A DNA stretch of 64,000 bases, taken from the NCBI RefSeq assembly GCF_030684315.1, contig NC_081374.1, forward strand, positions 11,830,837-11,894,836, given 5' to 3'. The translations under genes and the position numbers were made by a program. This DNA comes from Stegostoma tigrinum. Lineage: Eukaryota. Below the pieces are notes generated by a model. The model was not told where the DNA came from and did no database searches. It saw only the letters and a program-made list of their open reading frames with translations. Positions 39,901 through 51,337 of this stretch are shown here, piece after piece. The number at the start of each line of letters is the position of its first letter. The stretch's first letter is position 1.

Positions 39901-42900
39901 AGTGCACTCATGGAGAGGGAATGAGAGACTGAGAGAGAAAACTCTAGGCAGGGAGGACTGAAATATAGAAAGTTGTCTCCCTTTCTAATAGATTTTCTCT
40001 TTTTGGATACTGCTGTGGGGAGATGTGTTCTCAGGGGAATGCAGAGACAGCCAAATCCATGGCACCAGGAGTGGCTCAGCACCTGACTGTGGGGAGAGAG
40101 GGATTTAGACTCTGGAGGCATTGGGTACAATTCTATGAAGATGGAATCTGTACAAGCTGGACGGGTCACAAACCAGCAGACCCAGGACCAATGGCCTCTG
40201 ACAGGCTTTTGCAAGTTCCTTGATGAGAGGTTAAAGTGGCAGGGCACCATGACCATGAATCATAATCTCATGTCACCTATGGGCACATCAGATTTTACTT
40301 ACTATGTGTGTTTTTTGAAAGGGAATTGATCAAGCCAAAATTATCACAGATGTGAATTCAGTGGACATTTGGAGAGAGAGATTAGAATGTTGTACCTAGT
40401 GTTTGTTAAGGAAACTTCAACAGGTTGACCTAAAGGGAGAAATAAGCAATAAAGTGAAATGTGTTTGCCTTAGAAGTTATCTCAGACTATGATCATGACT
40501 CACAGAAATGATTTTTTTAAGGCTACCACTTTTGTTTATACATATAGATAGGAGTCAAAAGAGAACTTCACTCCCAATGTCTCTCCCTTCCATTATTAAT
40601 ATTTCTTGTGTTCAGTAAGTAACAAACTCACCTCTTGTTAGCTCAAGAAAGCTCCTTTAAATGGACTCCTTTGACAACATAAACACATTTGATCTGGCAA
40701 AAAGGGATCCACAAGGGAAAGGAGAAGTAGTAGTAAATTAATGCAGATATGAATGAAAAAAAAGCTGAGGTTCTTGAAGCTCCAAGTAATGCTTACCATG
40801 GCTCCCAATTTGTGCCAAATAACTGCAGTTGCTCTCTGATCTATGGATGACTGACACATTAACCATTTCACTGTATTTTTCTCCCTGAGTATTAGATGCT
40901 GTGCAGTAATATTGATGATGTTGCAGTTTGAATAATTGACAATGTAGATCCACTTTATTGTTCTCAGAAATCATTGAATCTTCAGAAGTGGTCTTTTCAT
41001 ACCATGTGTATCGAATGGGAAGGGATCCCTGGGCAGACTCACAGGAGATACAAACTGAGTGTTCAAAACATGAGATATTTGATGGTGATAAAAACCGAAT
41101 GACAGGAAGAGAAACGGGATCTGTGGGGAAAGAAGCAAATTATCAGACACTGACTGAGAATTCAAAAGCTAAATATTCTGCAAATTTTAGCATTTCTATC
41201 TTTCATCCAAGTCTTTTCATGTTGGAATCTCTACAGTTGCATTCCAGTTTCAGCTAAGTGTTGCATTAATTGAGTGATTAAGACACTTCCCCTCCCATGG
41301 GACTCCCTCACACACAGATTGTGATGTTGCAAAATACTTTCAGAATCTGTTTGAGGTGATCTCTTGAAATGCCAGACCATATAGGAAGATGGGTAAGGTG
41401 CTGGAACATGGGGCCATCATATTTAGATGCTTGTTGACCAGCATGGACATGATGGGACAAATGTCCTCTTCGCATGCGTAACACTATATTGCTCTAAAAT
41501 AGATGTTGGCAAGACTGGCTGGCTTCCAGAAATTCTGAGAACTGCTGTGTTGATCCCAAAACTTGTGACATTCTGCAGGCTACTGTGACCATATTGGTTT
41601 TGAAGATCAGCATGTTGAAGATCTGACTAGAGGATTTTGGATATACTGTAATGTAATGTAAAAGAGCTATTTAATGACCTTGTTGTAAAGAACTTTTAGG
41701 GATGAATGATCAGAATATGACTGAATTATACATTATGTCTGGGAATAAGGTATTTCCATCTGAAGCAAGATGGAATTGGGAAAATTATGAAGGAGAGAGG
41801 CACAAATTGGTTGAGCTGGATTGGGAAAATACATTGAAGGGCAGGTCAGTATATTACTCATGGAGAGTCTTTAAAGTCTATTTCATGGCTTGCAGCAACA
41901 ACATATTTTACTCAAAAACGATATAAATTAACCACAGCTGATAAAAGGATGTGAAGCACTTCCGGGATCAGAACACAAGGCTCATAAAGTGGCCAAAATT
42001 GATAGAAATCTGAGGACTGTTTTTTTTTAGTCATACAAGAAAGCAGGACCTTAAAACTGAAGAGACCAGAATAGAATACAAATGCAACCTAACAAAAAAA
42101 ATAAAATTTTAAGCTTCTTTAGGAATATATAAATAAATAACTTGACAATGACAAACATGGATCTGTGAAAAGCAGCATTGGGGGAATGTATATGAGGAAA
42201 TGGAGAAATAGCAATGGAGCTAAATGAGTAATTTGTGATGATTTTTGCTGAGGAAAATGCAAGAAAATAACTTAAAATAGAGATCCAAGTGTGAAGGGAG
42301 AATGAGGAATTGAAGCAAGTTAGCACTGAGAACATTGTGCTGGAGAAATTAATGGAAGGTGATAAATCCCCAAGACCTGACAGGCTGCACTCTAAAATGT
42401 CAACAAACTTGTCAATAGAGATAGATGGTGCATCAGTAATTATCGTCCAAATCTCCAGATAATCTGGAATTATTTCTGCAGAGGAGAAGCTTGCAAATGT
42501 CACCCCACTACTTATGGAAGGGGAAAGGAGGAAAATAGGGAACTATTGATCCATCAACCTTACTTCAGCAGGAAGGGAAATAGTAGACTTTATCATAAAA
42601 CATGTGACAAACAGTAATTTGAATAAAAAACAGTTTGATGGTGTACAGTCAGCATGGATTTGTGAATGGACAATTGTGTTTTACCAACTTGTTGGAGCTT
42701 CATCAGGTTATTACCATAAACTTGACAAAGGGAAGTTAATGGATGGAGTGCATTTGGATTTTGAGAAGGCTTTTAAAGATGATCCCAAAGGAGTTTGGTT
42801 TGCAAAGTTGAAGGACATGGTATCAGAAGTAATACAATGAAATGGATTGATGATTGGTGAGTAGTCAGAAAATAGAAATTATGAATAAATTGAGCATTCT

Positions 42901-45900
42901 CATACTCGCAGGTTGTGACTGATGGGGTACTATAAGGATCTGTATTTGAGTCCCAGCTTTTTTCAATATATATCAATGATTTTGACATGGAGACTAAATT
43001 TAACATTTCCTAACTTTCAGACAATGCAAACAAATGAGAATTATGTGTTATGAGGAAGGTGCTGAACATCTCCAGGAGAATTTCGACAGGTTTAATGATT
43101 GGGCAAGAGTTCGGTCAATGGAATATAATGTGGATAAATGTGAGGCTACCACTTTGTGGGAAGAACAAATGAGCAGAATAGTTTGTAAATGTTGAGATGT
43201 TGGAAAATGTAGATGTGCAAAAAGTTTTGGGTGTCCTTGTCAGTAAGATACTGAGGCAATCATGCAGGTGCATTAAGATGTTAGGAAGGCTAATGGAATA
43301 TTAACCTTTATTACAAGAGAATTTCAGTGCAGGAATTGAGAAACCTTGCTTTGCTTGTTGTGTTGGATCATGGATATACTGCACCTGGAGTATTTTCTGC
43401 AGTTTCAATAAACTTATCTCAGGAAAGTTATTATTACCATAGAAGAGTACATCAATGATTTACCAGACATTTTTTGGAAATTTAACGTGGAAGTTGATAA
43501 ATTTTTGATTATTAATTGTGTGAAGAGTTGAGAGGATAATTTGGTTTAACCAAATTGCAGTGTTTGATCAGCCATGATTCTATTAAATAATGAGGCATGT
43601 TCAATAAGTCGAATGGCCTCCTCCTGGTCCTATGTTTTTACAAATAAGCATTGCTGTAGCACCTTGGGATATTGGAGAATTCATGGTTTCTCTCAGGCAA
43701 AGCACCAATTGGTCACTTCATTAGAGATTAATAAAGGCAATCGATCAAAACTATACCGTAAAATACTTCGAGCTTCACAGCAGTTAATTCATCTCTAAGC
43801 CATCTACCAATACCACAGCTGTACCATCCTGCATCTTCCATGCGAAGACCCTCCATGGTAACAACAAATACTCCTTGTGTCTTGTTATCTTTGATTGACA
43901 TTCTTCCTTGCTGTCCACCAGGATCAGTCGTTCTCACCAAATATGAGCAGTGCATGGTCCTGCCTTGACACCAGTATTTCATGTTGTCCTTGAGCCTTGT
44001 GTTGTAGTTACAATCTATTGTGATTGATCTTCCCACAATTCCTGTTACTTTCTCCTTTGACCACACAGCTGGTAATGAAACGGGGGAGGTGATGTTTCAG
44101 AAATTGAATTAGAATTAGGTTCTTATTACAAATAAATACATCCTAATAAGTTTTACCCCTCTACACAGAGAAACTCTGCGCTGTATCTGTTACAAACTTA
44201 TGACCATATAAATTAGGAATTACAATCTGGAACAGTAAAGCAGCAGTGGGACATCCAGCCCTTGAAGCTATTTGCCATGCAGAAGTTCATGGTCGATCTG
44301 TTTGTGTTCCGAAATTCACATTCCCCATTTATACTGATAACCTTTGATTTTTGTCTCACAAATATCTACCACCCTGCACCACCATCCATGGCAGACTGTT
44401 CCCATTTCTTCCCATCTCTGTCTTTAAAAGATGACGCCTAGTTGTAAAATAGTGTCCCCTGAGGGACTTACCAGGAAATGGTTTTGAGATCTAACCTCCC
44501 CAATGTCCTGCAACGCTGAAGCACAATGTCCTCACTGTTATATTCAGTTCCTCTTATAATATAGGATAGCATTGTAATAGCTTTCTTCATCACATGTTGA
44601 TACTTGCATTCTAACTTCATGTGACTCATGCACTAGAACACCTCGATCCCTCTGCACCTCAGATTTCTGCATGTGTATAAACTTAAATAATACTCAGCTG
44701 CTCCAGGAGTTTGACTTGGTGACAGGAAAGGAACAATGATGTAGTTCCATGCCAGGACGCTATGTGATATGAACATCAGTTTTGGAGGTCAGAAATCAAA
44801 ACAGTCCCATGAAATTGACATCAGTTTTGGATTATTAATTTCAAAATAGTTATATATTCCTTTTGGATACTTCTGTGAAAGTTTGTCTTTAAAATAAAAT
44901 GAAAGTAGGAATCCCTGTGAAACTCTGACCTTACACTGGCCTTAGTTAGATAGCAAGTGCATTCAAACCCTAAGTTGTATGTCATTAGAAAAGTGTTTAT
45001 CCTGTGCTGCTTCATGACAGGTTTATAAACATTGACGATAATTAGCTGGCGACTAAAACAAAGCTGCTGGAAAAGCCCTGCAGGTCTGGCAGAATCTATG
45101 AAAGAAAGAAACAGAGTTAAAGTTTCAGGGTCCAGAAGGTTAACTCAGCTTTTTTTCTTTCATAGATGCTGCCAGGCCTGCTGAGCTTTTCCAGCAACTT
45201 TGTTTTTGTTCCTGATTTACAGCATCCACAGTTCCTTTGATAATTCACTTGCTTTCAGTTCAGATTAACGTTGATTTTAGTTTGCAAAACTCAGACTGAA
45301 AAGTCTTTGCTCAGTTCTGTGATGTCATTGCTGGGTTTAGATGCAAGTATATTTTCTCTCCTGGAACGTTATTTTTCAGAGCAGTCGCTAAACAATTTAC
45401 CTCAGCAGAATGGTAGATTGTAAACATTCCAAATTGCGAGAGACAGGCTAGAAAATTAGAAAAAAATTTAAGCTGTCAGCTTTGTGAATATTCATGTAAA
45501 ACTGTCAAACTGTTCACAGGAAAGAAAGAAGGAGTAATCATTGAAGAAAGATGAAAGAACATCAATATTTTATGCAAAGGGATAATTTCTCTGAATTTGA
45601 ATAATTGTAAATTGATATTGTTGGGAAACAGTTGGAAACTTTGTTTTGTTGTGTGTTTTAAAATTCTTCTAAACTGTTTACCTGTATAGATTGCCGTGTC
45701 TTTTAATTTCGTTCATGCAGTGTTTAGTCGTTGAAAGGTAGTCGCAGAAGGTTCAAAAAAACGAAATTAAAAAACACGGCAATCTATACAGGTAAACAGT
45801 TTAGAAGAATTTTAAAACACACAACAAAACAAAGTTTCCAACTGTTTCCCAACAATATCAATTTACAATTATTCAAATTCAGAGAAATTATCCCTTTGCA

Positions 45901-48736
45901 TAAAACATTGATGTTCTTTCATCTTTCTTCAATGATTACTCCTTCTTTCTTTCCTGTGAACAGTTTGACAGTTTTACATGAATATTCACAAAGCTGACAG
46001 CTTAAATTTTTTTCTAATTTTCTAGCCTGTCTCTCGCAGTTTGGAATCCGATTTCTTTCTGAGATTTGACTTTGCTGATAGTTTCAAAAGGTGAGCTCAG
46101 GGCACCAATGTAGTATTAACTCTGCAGTCTCACTCTGTAGAGGACCAATGCTCAATTTGTTTATCTTTTCCTTTCAAAATAGTTTTGGAAACTTTTGCTA
46201 TCTGTTTGTACCAGCTTGGTCTCATGTTTATTTATTTGTCCTGATTAATCTTTTTGTCATTCTTGATGTTCTTGGTATTCTGACAGGTCATCTGACTTGC
46301 CATTCAAGTTAATGTAACAATATTCTTTTTCCTTAAGGTCGATGCTTTGCTTAACTTCTTCAGTTAGCCATGGAACGTAGGTCTTGGAATTTTACAATTC
46401 CACTTGGAATTTTTTTGTAGTAGACATCTCCTTAAAATGAGTATTCTGAAAAATCCCTTACAGTGTCTACCACAGCTTCGTTACTGATTTACTTGCTAAC
46501 CTTATATCCCAGTTCACGTCAATTAGCTCAGCTATCATGTCTCCAAAGTTGCCCATATCTAAGTGTAAAATAACAACCTTAGAATAACACTTCTCCTTTT
46601 CAAACTGGATATAAAATCAGTCACTGCTATTCAGAGTTGCTGTAATTCTGAGGTCATTAATTAATCCTGTCACATTATACAATATCAAATACCTTCTCTC
46701 TGGTTATCACTGTAAGAAGCTAACTCAAAGATTAACCAAAAACCCCTCAACAAACAGATTAAAATTTCTCATGAGATAACTAAGTGTAGAGCTGCATGAA
46801 CACAGCAGGCCAAGCAGCATCTTAGGAGCACACTCCTAAGATGCTGCTTGGCCTGCTGTGTTCATCCAGCTCTACACTTTGTTACCTTGGATTCTCCAGC
46901 ATCTGCAGTTCCCATTATCCCTGATTAAAATTTCTCAAGGTTATTACAATCCCCTAAGTCACAAGGACTCAAAAATTTCTCCGTAAATATACCCTATAAC
47001 ATGATTACTGTTCAGGGATTTGTAAATCATTCCCATAAGTGACCTCTTCACCCAAATTATTCCATATCGCCAACCAGACTGATGCTACACCTTGATCTCC
47101 TGAACCAAAGTTATATCTACCTATTGCACCAATTGTTAAACAGTAGGAAATACATCACCTTAGGTCTGAAGCTAAAAGTGAGTCTAGATACTGCAAGAGA
47201 TTGGATAGATTTGATTTCTTTTATTGGTACAAAGTCAATTGAGAAGGGTCTTGACTGGGACATGATAATATTATGTGGGAATATTTCAGGAAGACAGGAA
47301 GAAACATTTCCCCTTGATAGAGGATTCATTGACCAGGGGCATAGTAATGTTGGGGTTGGAGGTTTAGAGGGGATAGGAGGAATTTTCTTTATTCGCTAGT
47401 GCAGAATTGAGGGACAGAATGTTCTTTTTTCTGTGCTGTGGATGTGTATGCCTCCATTATTCACTGATCAGTTCTATATTCACTGGGATTTAATGGAATG
47501 AGTGGTGATCCAGTTAGAAGATATAAAGAGCTCGAGGGACTTGTCAGGGCCAATGTTGGAAATATATTTCCCTGGCCCAGAGATTCTACAACACAGGATC
47601 ACATTCTCTAAAATAGGAATCAGGCGTTTAGAACAAGATGAGGAGAAAATTTATCACAAAAGTTGTGAATCTTTCAAGCTCTCTACCCAAGAGAGCTACA
47701 GGCAATCAAATATTCAGCATACGGGTGAATGAACCTTTTTGCATGATCAATACGGTGCTTGTGCATGCAAGTGGAGTTGTGGGGGGGTCAGCCATCACAT
47801 TGTTCAATGATTTAGCAAACTTGAAGCATCAGATAGCTGGCTCCTGCTATTTCTGAGGTGCTTCTATGAAAGGTATCCTTAAAAATTTGACTGAAACTAA
47901 AAACATACTATTAATTTGGAGTGGATGCAAAAACACCATTTACCACTTTGGAGCTGAGTAATGTTGTGAAAATGATTCCTTACTGATGGAGCACTGTGTA
48001 TAAAATGTGTGTCATTGAGGTGCAGTGACATTGACAGCCTCGATATTTCAACAGATGCACTTAAAGAACAGAAACAATTGCAAACTCAGGGCACGTTCTC
48101 CTAGATTTACCATTGCAGACTTGAGTTTCTACTGGACAACAAATTGCATGCAGAAGTTCACTTTTAATGGACTGAATATGTTACTTTTGTAATTCTTTTA
48201 CATTATTCATAACACTTGCAAAACAAAAATAGTAGTGTATATTTGATATTCACCACGAATAATGTGCTTAAATATATATTGGTAAATATTTTTGAAATAC
48301 TACTATACAGATAAAATAAGTATAGGACTTCACCCAAACATTTCTCCTGTGTATTCTGTGCCTGTATGTGTCTCTGGGTATTTAAACATCACGACTGAGT
48401 AGCAGGTACATGAAATATAACCCAAAACAGACTTTGCCAAATATCCAAGATAACAAAGTGTGGAGCTGGATGAACACAGCAGGCCAAGCAGCATCTCAGG
48501 AGCACAAAAGCTGACATTTCGTGCCGAGACCCTTCAATCAGAGATGAAGGTCTAGGCCTAAAACGTCAGCTTTTGTGCACTTGATTTGCTGCTTGGCCTG
48601 CTGTGTTCATCCAGCTCCACACTTTGTTATCTTGGATTCTCCAGCAGCTGCAGTTCCCATTATCACTTTGCCAAATATCCAGCTTGTGCTGTCACTCACT
48701 GAGCACTGAATAAATGAATAGAATCATGCTGCACAT
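30675..48736 (-). CDS. Gene B: CD300/MDIR-like receptor V-C2-V-stalk-TM-tail, 498 aa if all in-frame exons are used; join(48700-48736,43757-44068,40797-41120,38986-39297,37614-37692,35113-35201,32451-32497,30675-30971)
   Basis: GT-AG exons with compatible phases; 1497 nt open. First-exon choice and use of the V2 and 40632-40693 exons are uncertain. Confidence 0.72.
31220..31945 (+). mobile_element. Degenerate CR1 3' fragment in last intron of gene B
   Basis: LQFYKTLVRSCWEYSEQIW. Confidence 0.75.
32451..32497 (-). CDS. Gene B short cytoplasmic exon GKDGEGNRTDNAFENQ
   Basis: ttttcag acceptor, gtaagg donor, phase 1-0; similar to gene A exon 6. Confidence 0.72.
33355..33692 (-). mobile_element. 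HE1-like SINE
   Basis: Similarity to other copies. Confidence 0.7.
34500..34955 (+). mobile_element. Penelope pLTR fragment
   Basis: Pyrimidine-rich pLTR, ctgatgaa..gaaac, standard tail. Confidence 0.85.
35113..35201 (-). CDS. Gene B transmembrane exon SPVYIVVAVLGTMLIVFAVLLLLYLKQVNK
   Basis: 89 nt, clear nucleotide paralog of 6013-6101. Confidence 0.88.
35850..36352 (-). mobile_element. CR1 3' fragment
   Basis: FEQRVVCLWNEL. Confidence 0.75.
37614..37692 (-). CDS. Gene B stalk exon GADYCCGISTVPVTTSSSKDESQLGI
   Basis: gtttcaacag acceptor identical to gene A stalk acceptor; 79 nt, phase 1-2. Confidence 0.78.
38341..38894. mobile_element. Compound Penelope insertion (hairpin + tandem pLTR) just after V2 exon
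   Basis: 16-bp TSD aggataatggaactgt (38325-38340, 38895-38910). Confidence 0.88.
38986..39297 (-). CDS. Gene B Ig V domain 2 (lacks CHGW-equivalent segment)
   Basis: ITIDCHY..VKFWSRQC..DAGWYSCG; 312 nt, phase 1-1. Confidence 0.82.
40632..40693 (-). other. Linker-like mini-exon with in-frame stop (DQMCLCCQRSPFKGAFLS*)
   Basis: ttttgccag acceptor and G|gtgagt donor 103 nt after the C2 exon; DQMCLC aligns with stalk KQRYIC / GADYCC. Confidence 0.5.
40797..41120 (-). CDS. Gene B C2-set Ig domain
   Basis: DPVSLPVIRFLSPSNISCFEHSVCISCESAQGSLPIRYTW..YYCTASNTQGEKYSEMVNVSV..NCSY; 324 nt open. Confidence 0.88.
41600..43630 (+). mobile_element. Old degenerate CR1
   Basis: HLDFEKAF and KSPRPD remnants. 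Confidence 0.7.
43757..44068 (-). CDS. Gene B Ig V domain 1 (CD300-type, WLRD FG loop)
   Basis: ITIDCNY..KYWCQGRTMHC..DAGWYSCGIGRWLRDE; 312 nt, phase 1-1. Confidence 0.9.
45052..45240. mobile_element. Palindromic mini-element of a third Penelope-related family
   Basis: gctggaaaagc..gcttttccagc arms plus tail; related pieces near 34050-34170 and 57525-57625. Confidence 0.6.
45426..46047. repeat. 288-bp near-perfect inverted repeat, 46-bp loop
   Basis: 45426-45713 vs 45760-46047, about 3 mismatches. Confidence 0.95.
46772..46922. mobile_element. Mini Penelope hairpin
   Basis: 15-bp TSD gattaaaatttctca. Confidence 0.88.
48448..48664. mobile_element. Mini Penelope hairpin 35 nt into gene B intron 1
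   Basis: 17-bp TSD actttgccaaatatcca; both hammerhead cores degenerate. Confidence 0.88.
48700..48736 (-). CDS. Gene B leader exon MCSMILFIYSVL
   Basis: 37 nt, A|gtgagt phase-1 donor; downstream intron (~48340-48390) resembles gene A intron 1 (~14775-14822). Confidence 0.7.
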
Positions 48737-48825
48737 TTTCTTTTCCTTGCAATGTTCACATCGGCGCTTGTTATCTCTCAACCAGCTCTGAGTGATCTCA
48801 AGGAAAGGAGCTTCCAATAAAAGTC

Positions 48826-48841
48826 AAGTGAGGAATTCCCG
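48826..48841 (-). promoter_or_regulatory. Ets core GAGGAA overlapping NF-kB-like GGGAATTCCT
   Basis: About 94 bp upstream of the gene B ATG. Confidence 0.35.
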
Positions 48842-49399
48842 TGAGGTAGATGATGACAGCAAGCCAGACTTTTGAAAATTCCTCTCTTCAAATCCCTGCT
48901 GAAGAGGGGTCAGATCTGGCCATTTCTTCACTGGTTGTGCCAGTGCTCCTTGTTAGCTGCAGATATTCTTACAACAGAAAGCACAGCTCGACACCTTCCT
49001 GTTTGCTTTCTTGTGGAGAATTGCTACCAGGAGCATGTTCCAGGGTCTGCAGATGTGGTTATTGAGATTGTGCGAGGTGTTAGTCACACTGAAAGGTCTT
49101 ATTTCCTGTCCATTGCTAAAAGCATAAATGCCTAATATTGCTGAAAACATGAGTGTGTAAATAAGTAACAAATTAAGGCAGTCTCTGATGACACTGGAAA
49201 CGCAGAACAAATGTAAGTGCGTACTCATTCAGGAACATGCATGCACATCATTCTAGATCCTGTATCAGAGATAGTAGTATGAGGCGAATATCAGGATGAC
49301 TAACACGTCATATTCCACCTTGGGAGCTGACAACCCAATGGTCTCAATGTGGATTTTACTCACTTCAAAATCTCCCCACCCCTGGCCTCATCCCATGTA

Positions 49400-50200
49400 C
49401 CCCTAGATCTCTTTGTTCTAGATCTCAACACTCCCCAGGGCCTTACCATTGACTGTGTAAGTCCTGTCCTAGTTTGATCTACCAAAAACTTGTATTTCTC
49501 CAAATTAAACTATATTTACCATTCCTCAGCCCACTGGCCCAGTTGATCAAGATCTCACTGTATTCCCAAATAATCTTCTTCGATCTTGGTGTTGTCAGCA
49601 AACTTACTAACCATGCCTCCCACATTCTTATCCAAATCATTTATATAAATGGCAGTGGACACAGCTCTGACCCCTGTGGCACACCATTGGTTACAGGTCT
49701 CCAGTTTGAGAAATAACCCTGCAGTACTACCTTTCAAGGCAATTTTGTATCCAGTTGGCCAGCTCTCCCTGGATCCTTTGAGATTGAACTTACCGAATAA
49801 CCCACCATGCAGTACCTTGTCAAAGGCCTTGCTAATGCCCTTCAAAAAACTCAATCAAATTCATGAGGCACAGAGTCCTTGCCTCTCCAAATGCCTGTAG
49901 ATCCTGTCTCTCAGAATCCTCTGGAATAATTTACCCACTAAGGTGTTAGGGACTTGAGTCTGTATTTCCCAACCGTTTCCCTGGAGCCTTTTTTAAATAA
50001 TGGCTCAAGATTAGCCACACTCCAACCTTCAGGTACTTCATCTGTGGCTGCTGATGATACAAATATCTCCTGTAGGGGCCTGCGGTTTCCTCCATAGTCA
50101 GCAACAAAGACCAGGGGTGCACTTTTTAGGTCCCAGATTTACCTACCTTTAATGAATGACTTCAGGAATCTCTTCTTCTGTAATGTGGGCTCTGTTCAAG
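49400..50200 (-). mobile_element. Degenerate CR1 fragments
   Basis: SKAFDKVLHG, SKFADNTKI. Confidence 0.7.
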
Positions 50201-50244
50201 ACTGAGGGGATTTTGTGAATTTCATGGTGAAAACTACAAAGTAA

Positions 50245-51337
50245 TAAACAAAGAAACAAAGAAGCCTACAGCACAGGAACAGGCCCTTCGGCCCTCCAAG
50301 CCTGCGCCGATCAAGATCCTCTGTCTAACCAGTCATCTATTTTCTAACGGTCTGTGTCCATTTGCTCCCTGCCCATCCATGTACCTGTCCAAATATATCT
50401 TAAAAGACGCTAACGTGTCTGCGTCTACCACCTCCGCTGACAACGCATTCCAGGCACCTACGACCCTCTGTGTAAAGAACTTTCCAGTATATCTCCCTTA
50501 AACTTTCCTCCTCTCACTTTGAACTCATGACCCCTAGTAATTGAGTCCCCCACTCTGGGAAAAAGCTTTTTGCTATCCACCCTGTCTATACCCCTCATGA
50601 TTTTGTACACCTCAGTCAGGTCCCCCCTCAATCTCCGTCTTGCTAATGAAAATAATCCTAATCTACTCAACCTTTCTTCATAGCTAGCACCCTCCGTACC
50701 AGGCAACATCCTGGTGAATGTCCTCTGCATCCTCTCCAAAGCATCCACATCCTTTTGGTAATGTGGTGACCAGAACTGTACACAGTACTCTAAATGTAGC
50801 CGAACCAAAGTCCTATACAACTGCAACATGACCTGCCAACTCTTGTACTCAATACCCCGCCCAATGAGGGAAAGCGTGCCATATGCCTTCTTGACCACCC
50901 TATTGACCTGTGTTGTCACCTTCAGGGAACAATGGACCTGAACACCCAGATCTCTCTGTTCATCAATTTTCCATGGGACTTTTCCATTTACTGTATAGTT
51001 CGCCCTTGAATTTGATCTTCCAAAATGTATCACCTTGAATTTTCCCGGATTGAACTCCATCTGCCGTTTATCTGCCCAACTCTCCAGTCTGTCTATATTC
51101 TGCTGTAATCTCTGACAGTCTCCTTCACTATCAGCTACTCCACCAATCTTAGTGTCATTAGTAAACTTGCTACCTACACCTTCCTCCAGATCATTTACAT
51201 ATATCACAAACAACAGTGGTCCCAGCACAGATCCCTGTGGAACATCACTGATCACAGCTCTCCAATTAGAGAAACTCCCTTCTACTACTACCCTCTATCT
51301 CCTGTTGCCTAGCCAGTTTTTTTTCCATCTAGCTAGT
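50245..51337 (-). mobile_element. Young 5'-truncated CR1
   Basis: 265-aa RT C-terminal ORF (VPQGSVLGPLLF..). Confidence 0.92.

Noticed and set aside
12252-44068. Rearranging Ig/TCR V segments
   Set aside because: V exons include their own G strand and end in splice donors; no heptamer-nonamer RSS seen
4184-48736. True pIgR or CD300 ortholog gene symbol
   Set aside because: Mixed V/C2 architecture with ITIMs; orthology cannot be established without phylogeny
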